From positions 17,734,001 through 17,798,000 of the forward strand of contig CM097885.1 in the NCBI GenBank assembly GCA_044892525.1: 64,000 bases of DNA, written 5' to 3'. Of the stretch, positions 53,931-64,000 are shown one piece after another (positions within the stretch are counted from its first letter, which is position 1; each line of letters opens with the position of its first letter). The DNA is from Schmidtea polychroa (Eukaryota). The notes under the pieces are model-generated. The model was given only the letters and a program-made list of their open reading frames with translations, was not told the DNA's origin and did no database searches. The position numbers were made by a program, and so were the translations under genes.

Positions 53931-54930
53931 TTTGAAAATAACATCTTCCGCGCGGGCGTTATTATCTTTCCCAATAATAATAATAAATTAAATAATTACA
54001 TAATCGATAATTTAAACAAACGTAATCGATAATTAAAACAAAAAAAATAATATAATCAACGATTTAAACAAAATTAAATTATTACATAGTCGATAATTTA
54101 AACAAACATAATCGATAATTAAAACAAAAAAATGATATAATCAACGATTTAAACAAAACGAAATTATTATGTAATTGATAATTAAAACAAAAAAAATAAT
54201 ATAATCAACGATTTAAACAAAATAAATTATTAAGTAATTGATAATTAAAACAAAAAATAATAATATGACCTTGAAAATAATAATATTTTGAAAAGTAATA
54301 ATATGACCTTGAAAATAATAATATTTTGAAAAATAATAATATAACCTTGAAAATAATAATATTTTGAAAATTAATAATATGACCTTGAAAATAATAATAT
54401 TTTGAAAAATAATAATATGACCTTGAAAAAAAATAACGTAATCGATAATTAAAACAAAAAAATAATAGAATCAACGATTTAAACAAAATGAAATTATTAT
54501 GTAATTGATAATTAAAACAAAAAATATTATTATATAATTAACGATTTAAACAAAATGAAATTATTAAGTAATCGATAATTAAAACAAAAATAAAAATATT
54601 ATTATATAATCAACGATTTAAACAAAATTAAATTATTAAGTAATCGATAATTAAAACAAAAACAAAAATATTATTATATAATCAACGATTTAAACAAAAT
54701 TAAATTATTAAGTAATCGATAATTAAAACAAAAATAAAAATATTATCATATAATCAACGATTTAAAGAAAATTATTATTATTACGCAATATTTTGAAAAA
54801 TAATGATATGACCTTAAAAAAATAAAATAATCGAATGCGAGTTGTTGAGCGTGAGCAGTACCTTTGTGAGCATTACCCATGGGGGGACAAAATATTTTGT
54901 CGGATAGACTCAGAGTATATAGATTAATAC

Positions 54931-55065
<135 letters not shown>

Positions 55066-55976
55066 TAACAAGATATATAGCTCATTCGAAAGGTCTTGGA
55101 TTGAGCTTTAAAATGAGCTATCGATTATTATTTTTAGTTGGCGGGAATTTTGAAAAAATTAAAAATAAAATAATAATATTTTTAAAAATAATAATAAAAA
55201 TAATAATATTTTTTAAAAATAATAATATGACCTTGATGAGTCATTGCGATGACTCATATGACCTTGGGAATGACCTTGGATGAGTCATGTGCCCTTGAAA
55301 ATGTCCTTGGTGAGTCATAGGATGTCTCAGATGACCTTGAAAATGACCTTGAAAAATTTTGATGAGTCATAGTATGAGTCATGTGCCCTTGAAAATTTTT
55401 TGATGAGTCATAGTATGCGTCATATGACCTTGAGAATGACCTTGAATGAGTCATATGACCTTGAGAATGACCTTGATGAGTCATAGTATGAGTCATACGA
55501 CCTTGAAATGACCTTGATGAGTCATGGTCTTTGTTTAAATGACCTTGAAAATTTTTATGACTCACCTGATGAGTCATATGCCCTTGAAAATGACCTTGAT
55601 GAGTCATAGTATGAGTCGTACGACCTTGAAAATGACCTTGATGAGTCATGGTCTTTGTTTAAATGACCTTGAAAATTTTTTTTGACCTTGATGAGTCATA
55701 TTATGAGTCATATGACCTTGAAAATGACCTTGATGAGTCATAGCACGAGTCATGGTCTTTGTTTAAATGACCTTGAGAAATTTGATGAGTCATAGGATGA
55801 GTCATGGTCTTTGTTTCAATGACCTTGATGAGTCATATGTCTTTGTTTAAATTTGACCTTGAAAAAAATGTACTTTTAGACTTAGAATATTTTTGAAAAT
55901 CTTTTCGACGGGGGGGAGGGGGAGGGGGGTACTGTGCTAGCGGTGCCCTGTGCCAGCGGTGCCCAATCCATCTACT

Positions 55977-58900
55977 ACCCTAAATGCTGAATGTAATGAT
56001 TGTTTGGTTGATTGTTTGTTTGATAATCTAAATGTTGATTTTTCCCCAATCAAAAATTTGATTCTGATTTTTATTTAATTAATAATTACTGAACAAAATG
56101 TGAATGCCTGTATATTTGTGACTGATTGTGATAAAAATAATTGTTTTTTAAATATATCTAATAAAAAATTAAAATTACCGAGTGTTAATGTTATTAAAGA
56201 TATATATGATATAGGATATTGTAATGTAGATGGTAGACCATTTAATAATGTTAAATTAAATAATGTGACTTTTAATTCATTATTTGACACAGGAGCAAAA
56301 ATAAGTGTTTTATCCCAATCGATTGCTGAAAAATTAAATTTAAAATTTTTTAATGAAGGAAATAGAAAGATATCATGCGCAAACGGTAGTATGTTAGGGA
56401 TTTTAGGGAATGTTTCTCTAAGTTTAGAGTTTAACAATAAAGAAATAACTGGAGAATTTTTCGTTGCTATGGAAATATACCCAGAAGTAATTGTAGGAAT
56501 AGATATATCGAATTCTTTAAATATTAAGTTAGTTGAATTTTGTAATGAAAATGTCCTCAGTTTGCAAGCAAAATTTGGTAATATTTTAAAAATAAATAAT
56601 AAAAATAAATTTATGAATGAAATATTGAAAATAGAAAAATGCAATCCGATATATGAAGTAGTTGTTGAATTCTCAGATATTTTTATGTATAATAAATGGG
56701 ATATAGGCAAAAAAGATATTTTTAAGCACAGAATAGAAACTATTTGCAACCCAATACCAATTAAACCACGGCGAACACCAATGCATTATGAGGGAAAACT
56801 AGAGGAAATTGTTAAAAACCTAGAGGAAAATAAAATTATAGAGAAATGCGAATCACATTGGAATTCACCAATAGTATGTGTGCCAAAAAGGGTACTTCTG
56901 AAATTTGGATGTGTTTGGATTTTAGGATTTTAAATTCAAATACAGTTAGACCAGCTTTTCCAATTCCCAATGTTGATGAAATGCTTGATTCTTTGTATGG
57001 AGCCAAATATTTTTCGTCGATCGACTTAGGAAATGCCTATTATCAAGTTGAATTGGATGAAGAACGTAAATTGAAAACAGCATTTTCTACAAGACAGGGC
57101 CAATTTTGTTTTAATAGGATGCCTTTTGGAATAGCTGCCACACCATCAACGTTTCAAAAACTTATGACATTAATAATTGGAGATCTGATGTGAAATGAAG
57201 CATTAGTCTATTTAGATGACATATTAATCTTTTCGAAAACTATTGAAAAACAAAAAAAAAGAATAAATAAACTTTTCCTTAGAATTAAGGAATCAGGATA
57301 AAAAAATAACCCTGAGAAATGCAAGTTCTTAGTATCTGAATTAAAGTTTCTTGGACATATAATTAATGAAAAAGGTATCAAAACAGATAATTCTAAGATT
57401 GAAACAATTAAAAATGTAAAACAGCCTAATTGTGTGAAACATATTAGGAGTTTTTTAGGATTGTGTAATTACTATAGAAAATTTATTCAAAACTACTCAA
57501 AAATAGCTAGACCATTGGAATCTTTGATTGGAGGTAAAAACAAAAGTATTATTTGGACATCACACTGTGAAAAATCTTTTGACGAGTTAAAACATAGTTT
57601 GATCAGTGCACCATTACTATGCCATCCGTATTTTAATAAAAATTTCATTTTAGATACCGATGTTAGTTTTGATTGTATTGGCGCTGTTTTATCGTAAAGT
57701 GATGACAATAATGAAGAAAAGATAATCGCATATGGGTCAAAAGTATGAATAAACATGAAATTAGGTACTGTATAACAAAGAAGGAATTATTATCTGTTTT
57801 CCATTTTACACAGGATTTTAAACATTATCTCTACGGGAAAAAATTTATTTTAAGAACTGATCATAAGACAATCACATTTATGTTAACTACTAAAAAACCA
57901 ATTACCGCTCAGTTTCAAAATTGGATAAATTTTTTAAGTAGTTTGGACTTGAAATTAGAATGTCGCAGGAAATTGCACACAATGTCAGGTGAATCATATT
58001 GATGCTAAAGCAGAAAAAATTAAAACTAAAATTTTAGCAATTTCAATAGAAGATCAAACATTTAAATGGCAAAATAATTCTGAAGAAATAATGAAAATAA
58101 AAGAAAATATCCAGAACGGCAAAAATGAAAATTATTATGTGGACAATGGAATTATTATGATTCATAATAATAAAATATATATTCCTTCATATATGAAAAA
58201 CGATTTTATTTTAGAAATCCATAAAGAATTGTGTCATGCAGGAATCAACAAAACTACAAATTACATAAAGAATTATTACAATTTCCAAGAAATGGATAAA
58301 AGTATCAAGAGAATTATCACAACTTGTGAAATTTGCCAGAAACGTGAAATGTTCACTGGGAAAACAAAAGAAATTATTGAAAAATTAATTGCGCATGAAC
58401 CATTTGACAATATTTATATTGAATTTTGTGGCCCCTTTAAAATAACACCATCTGGCAAAAGATAGATCATTTTAAGTAAATATATAGTATTAAAAGCTGT
58501 AAGAACACAAGAAGAAAAGACATTAATTGATAATGTGAAAAGTTCGTGGATATTGAAGTTTGGACCACCAAAGGAAATTCATGTTGATAAAGGAAAATAC
58601 TTTGAATCCCAAGTTTTTAAAAATATGGCAGTAAAGTATCACTTGAAAATAGTTTATTCAAGCCCTTATCGTCATCAATCTAATGGACAAATTGAAAGTC
58701 AATTTAGAACGCTAAGAGACTGGATTTCATGCTGTCTGGAAGAGAAACAATTTAAGACATGGGAAGAAGCATTGCCTCATATAGAATTTGCAATGAACTC
58801 AACACTGCAGTCAAGTATAAAAGTTATTCCTGTTGAAGTAATATATGGAAGGAAATTTTGCAAAGAGCGTTTTATTAATGGTCCAGAAATTGATACTAAA

Positions 58901-59152
58901 GAATCAAAGAAGCATGAAATAGCATTGAATATTAAATCATTGAACCGCATAAATAATTATAATCAAGAAAATCGAATATATAGATCTTTCAGAGTTGGTG
59001 AATTAATTAACAAGCAAGATAACAGGTATTGCGGACCTTTTGAAATAATGGGAAAATATAATAAAAATAGTTATTTATTAAGGAATGCTGATAATAAATG
59101 TATTACTAGAAATGTGGAATGGCTAAAGCCATTTAAAACGAGGGGGATATGA
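55977..59152 (+). mobile_element. Decayed Ty3/Gypsy pol, same lineage as the 15-18 kb element
   Basis: SLFDTGA, FSSIDLGNAYYQ, YLDD, LDTDVS, RTDHK, HKELCHAG...CEIC and IHVDKG, with stops and frameshifts. PPT aaaacgaggggga at ~59135-59148. Confidence 0.92.
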
Positions 59153-59439
59153 TTATAAATTATAAATGCATATTTTGGGATATTTTGATTGTAGGATATT
59201 TGATTGTATTTAAATGTAGAGCACAAGCATCTTAATCTAAACAATTTGGTAATCTTTCCACATGTCATTAATTTTAAATATTATTTTTGATCATCTATAA
59301 AAACCTTCAAAATGGCTCTTGATAATAATATTTTATGAAAATGTTCATGCAACTAATGAAAATGTTCCTGGAAATTATCATGAAAAGGTTGAAAATTATG
59401 AAAATAATATTCTAAAAATAACTTTAAAATAATAATAAC

Positions 59440-59487
<48 letters not shown>

Positions 59488-60273
59488 TGTAATGTATTGT
59501 GATTCTCTGTTTTTTTTGGTTTTGTTAATCACATTGTATGAATGTAATAAACAATTCTGCACGCTGTACGTGGAGAAGGTTTTTATTTTATTTAAAAAAA
59601 TAAATAAACTATATAGTGATAATTTACCATAGTAAATTATCACTATAGAAAAATGACAAATTAATAAAATCAATAAGAAAATTTTAAAAAAAACAAAAAC
59701 TCCAGAAGATTAAATCAAATTGAACAACTGAAGAATTAGAATTATCAGCGCTATATTAAATTGAAGAATTGGAAGATATTTTCTTTCCCGTACTCTTTGA
59801 ACGATCGAAAAGAAAACTAAACAGAAATATAGACCCCAAGAAAATAGAAAAAGACAAATACACAACCGATAATTTTGTAACAAGTGACAACTGATATACT
59901 TTCCTACCAAATTCCTGTTCAGTTCAAATTCTACAACAACATCCATTACCTATTCTTATATTCCCTAAACAATCAAAAAGAAAACTAAATAGAAATATAA
60001 ATTCGAAAATAAGGAACGAATACCCAACTATTAAAATCGAGTCAAGAGACAATTGATATACTTTTCTATCCTCACTCAAGGTTTTTTAATTTGGTTAAAT
60101 AAAAGTTTTAGATTAATATACTATTGTTTATATTATTTTTATTTGCTTTATTGTTACACAACACGCACCCCGATAGTCCCAACACATTTTTCTTACCGGT
60201 GACTCTATCGGGTCCTTCAAATTTCTAGCATAGCACACCACAATAATATAATAATACAACAATCAACCTAACA
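59488..60273 (+). mobile_element. 5' LTR of an apparently intact Ty3/Gypsy element inserted in (AAT)n
   Basis: TGT...ACA boundaries, followed by PBS TGGTGTCAGAAG (60276-60287, tRNA-Leu-like). Confidence 0.75.
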
Positions 60274-60475
60274 ATTGGTGTCAGAAGAAAAAATACATAC
60301 AACACACACGCATTCGACGTTTTCTTTCAATCACGAAACCTTTCAGTATAGTTATTATAGAACTATAAAGGCTAGTGACACTGTTGGCCGAACACAGTAG
60401 GCCATATCCTTCAAACAAACCACTATTTTTTTTTTGCACAACAAACAATAAAAAAAAACAGCAACAAAACAATAA

Positions 60476-61570
60476 ATGGCTTCAAACCAGCAAAACCCGA
60501 CAAACAATACACAGATACCCAACAACTATGAAAATGCTCACTCACCGGAAAACATGAACCACCTATACAACCCAAGCACCAACAACGCAAACACACACCC
60601 AACACACGAAAGCAGTAGTTATTATTACAACCCTGAAAATTCATCCGCGGTAAACTCAATACTAAACCCCAAGGCAAACATCCCAAATTTTTTCACAGAC
60701 GAAAACGGGACCCCACAAAAATGGCTAGAATTTGCCAAATTAACATTAAACCTATCAGGCATTAAATCATCAAGAACAGTCTGTTCTCACATAATTGCCG
60801 CCCTTCCCAGCAACATCCTGAACGAGATAGCCGATAGAATAGAGGAAATATCAAAGGACGACAACCCTTTCGAAAACTTATACAACACTTTAATAAATCG
60901 GAACAAAGTAAACAGACGAGAACTACTCGAATCCTGTTTGAAAGATATCCAATTGGGTAATGACAAACCGTCTGAATTTCTGCGAAACCTAAAGACAAAA
61001 CTCGAATACTTACAACCAAAAATAACAAGCACCGGGTCAAAAGAGTTCATCAAAGACCTTTTCATGCGCGCAATGCCACCTGAAATAAGACGGATTCTAG
61101 CTGCCAGCAACTGTACAGACCTCGATACTCTGGCAAACATAGCAGACAAAATCAACGACGAAATATACCCAACAATATGTAGAACTTACCAAAACAAAAA
61201 TATTTTTAAGAGCAACGAAAACAAACCTGTACACAATAGCTCAGAAACTACAGAAACGAACAAACTCCTCTCAACTCTGGTAACAAAATTCGACGAAATA
61301 ATTATTGAAAACAAAAATCTAAGAAAAGACATAACCGAATTACAAAGAAGAGAATCCAGGAGAACTCAATATTACGAAAACAGACAAAATTATTCCAGAC
61401 AAAATACACGATCTGGCAGCCGCAACAGCTTCGACAGAAACAAAACAGGGAACAACCCCAATAATTGCACAAACCAAAACTATTGTTACTACCACAATAA
61501 ATTTGGAAATAAAGCATACAAATGCAACAAACCCTGCACCTTCGACAAAGAAGAGTCGGGAAACATATAA
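60476..61570 (+). CDS. gag: Gag of a CsRN1/Kabuki-type Ty3/Gypsy element
   Basis: LGNDKPSEFLR, LANIADKI and the C-terminal CYYHNKFGNKAYKCNKPC (CHCC) motif. Confidence 0.92.
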   Translation: MASNQQNPTNNTQIPNNYENAHSPENMNHLYNPSTNNANTHPTHESSSYYYNPENSSAVNSILNPKANIPNFFTDENGTPQKWLEFAKLTLNLSGIKSSRTVCSHIIAALPSNILNEIADRIEEISKDDNPFENLYNTLINRNKVNRRELLESCLKDIQLGNDKPSEFLRNLKTKLEYLQPKITSTGSKEFIKDLFMRAMPPEIRRILAASNCTDLDTLANIADKINDEIYPTICRTYQNKNIFKSNENKPVHNSSETTETNKLLSTLVTKFDEIIIENKNLRKDITELQRRESRRTQYYENRQNYSRQNTRSGSRNSFDRNKTGNNPNNCTNQNYCYYHNKFGNKAYKCNKPCTFDKEESGNI

Positions 61571-61621
61571 AGTCACCAATGATAGCACCGACATCGGGTG
61601 ACAGCCAAACCTTCACGGTGC
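61558..61621 (+). promoter_or_regulatory. -1 programmed ribosomal frameshift signal
   Basis: G GGA AAC slippery heptamer in the gag frame, then stem GTCACC/GGTGAC. Loop GCACCG can pair with downstream CGGTGC, giving an H-type pseudoknot. Confidence 0.85.
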
Positions 61622-64000
61622 ATAGCAATGGCCTCAATTTTCTTGTTGATTCAGGTTCAATAATTTCATTATTACCGAATTACCTATACAAAAACACAAA
61701 AACCGAAACCGCAAATTTGTGCGCAGCAAACGGCAGCCCAATAAAAACGTTCGGAAAGCAAAACATTAACATCACCATCAACAACACACAATACAATTGG
61801 CAATTCACTATCGCTGAAGTCAAACAAGCTATTTTAGGAGCAGATTTCCTTTCATACTATAATCTACTAGTCGACTGTAAGAATGGAAAAGTCATACCAA
61901 ACAATTCAAATGACATACACCACAAAAATAAACAATCAAAAAAACAAATCAATTGTGACATCGGAGTAATAACAGCCCAAAACGGTGAAGAAAAAACAAA
62001 TAAAACAGAAACAAACTGGCACATACCTAACGAAATCACAAAACTGATACAAAATGTAGCAAATATAACTAATAAATTAGAAGCAAACAATAACACCAAA
62101 TGCATAACCGAACACATAATAATTAGCAACGGAAACCCAGTCCATGCAAAAGTCAGACAGTTAGACAAAAATAAACTCGAGATAACTAAGAAAATATTCG
62201 ACGAACTACTAGAAAATCAAATCGTCAAACACTCAAACTCAAACTGGTCATCAGCCCTCATGCTTAAAGAAAAGGCAAACGGCGAATGGCGAGCCTGCGG
62301 AGACTACAGAGCATTAAACAATATCACAACAGCCGACAAATACCCAATCCCAATAATAAACGATATCATCAACAGATTTAACAAACCCAAAATTTTCAGC
62401 AAAATCGATTTACAAAAAGCCTATCATCAAATTCCCGTCAGAACTGAAGACATAAAGAAAACAGCAATCATCACACCCATAGGACTGTTCGAGTATAACA
62501 AAATGCCTTTCGGATTAAAAAATGCTGCAGCCACTTTCCAACGCTTCATGGACCAAATATTACGAAATCAACAGAACACAGTCGCATACCTTGACGACAT
62601 TCTGATAGCATCTGCAAACAAAACAGAACATATACAAAATATTAAAAATGTGTTCGAAATATTAAGCAAACACGAGCTAAAAATTAACATAAAAAAATGT
62701 GAATTTCTGAAAACAGAAATAAAATTCCTGGGACACATGTTAAACGAAAACGGAACAAGACCTTTAGACGACAAAATCAAAGCAATCAAAAATTACCCCC
62801 TACCCAAAACTACTAAAGAGCTAAGACGTTTCCTTGGAATGATCAATTTCTATCACAAATACATACCAAGATGTAGTGAAATGCTAGCCCCTCTCAATGA
62901 ACTGAACAAAATAAAGAGAAACATCAAAATAGATTGGAACGAAAAACTAATAACAGCGTTCGAGCAGGCAAAAGAAAATCTGAAAAATGCAAGCATCCTA
63001 AACTATCCCAACCAAGATTTACCATACATAGTCAACACAGATTGTTCGGGAGTAGCAATGGGCGGAACGATATTCCAAGAAGAAAATAACGAAAAAAGAC
63101 CAATAGCCTTCTTCTCAAAGAAACTCAAAACTCACCAAATGAGATACTCCACTTTTGACAGGGAGTTATTAGCGTTACATGATACAATCAGACATTTCCA
63201 ATACTTTTTGGAAGGAAAAGATTTCGAAGTGTATACCGACCATAAACCCTTAATAAACGCAATGAACATGAAAAATCCTTCACCGAGACAAATAAGACAA
63301 TTAAACTATATTTCACAATTTAATTGCAAAATAAAATACATAGCAGGTTCTGCTAACATAAGTGCAGATGCATTATCAAGAATAGAAACTGACATAAATG
63401 CACTTAACATAACACCCATCATAGAGTTAGAAAAGTTAAAAACTAAACAAAAAGAAACAACAATCGAAACTCCAAGGATGAATTCACTCCATCTGGAAGA
63501 AATAGACGGCATATGGTACGACACTTCAAATGACAATAACAAAAGGATTGTAGTACCAGCAGAACTGCGCGATCAATACCTCCAAAAATATCACAACATC
63601 TACCATCCGGGAAACAAAGCCACATACGAACTTCTGCATACCAAAGTTGTTTGGCCTTATATGAGAAGGGACGTAAAAATATTCGTAAAAAATTGCCCAC
63701 AGTGTCAAAAGAATAAAATAACAACAAAACAATTCAAAACAACAATTGTACAATTCCCAAGTTCTGAACCGTTCGAAACGATACATATCGACATAGTCGG
63801 CCCTCTACCTCCAAATAATAAACACAAGTACTTATTAACTATAATAGATCGAAAAACAAATTGGTTCGAAGCCATTCCCATAAAGGAAATATCAGCAGCA
63901 AAAATATGCAGTAAATTAGAATTAAACTGGTTCGCCCGGTATGGCTGCCCAAAGACAATAATCAGCGATCAGGGTAGGCAATTTGAATCCGACATTTTCA
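61561..64000 (+). CDS. pol: Pol polyprotein (PR-RT-RH-IN) in the -1 frame, running off the window
   Basis: FLVDSGS, ILGADFL, WRACGDYRALN, IDLQKAYHQ, YLDD, TDCSG, DRELLA, TDHKPL, HNIYHPG...CPQC, IHIDIVGP and ISDQGRQF all fall in the same frame. Confidence 0.93.

Noticed and set aside
55254..55649. ORF with MTHQGHFQG repeats
   Set aside because: By-product of the DNA motif array; the mirrored left array does not give the same ORF.
55225..55862. Hammerhead-ribozyme-like strings (tgatgagtcatatgaccttgaaa; ctgatgag at ~55567)
   Set aside because: Most units lack the C of CUGAUGA, extra CTT bases separate stem II from GAAA, and I could not build stems I and III. The TGACTCAT/CAAGGTCA repeat explains them.
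60281..63786. Minus-strand ORFs over gag/pol, and plus-strand ORFs over polB and the 15-17 kb pol
   Set aside because: Antisense shadows of real coding sequence with no independent motifs.

Overview
Very AT-rich, intron-containing animal DNA full of (AAT)n microsatellites; a flatworm-like host is my inference only. I find two host genes: a 2-exon caveolin and a 2-exon LicD/fukutin-family gene. The rest is a nest of mobile DNA. (1) A Polinton/Maverick-type region at 1-7.2 kb has an intact 1460-aa protein-primed PolB, a stand-alone duplicate of its C-terminus, and decayed TBP-like and adenain genes. (2) There are three Ty3/Gypsy elements, one apparently intact with a -1 frameshift signal. (3) A decayed BEL/Pao element appears to have a ubiquitin domain at the start of its gag. 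(4) Penelope, RLE non-LTR and hAT fragments and MITEs are scattered throughout. The most striking structure is a ~19 kb giant palindrome (37036-55976) with Polinton-type AGTAG...CTACT ends, near-identical 3.6 kb inner arms, a 64-bp central spacer and subterminal TGACTCAT/TCAAGGTCA arrays. Other AGTAG-type termini occur at 5.6, 10.5, 30.0 and 31.6 kb. All alignments were done by eye and no database searches were run.
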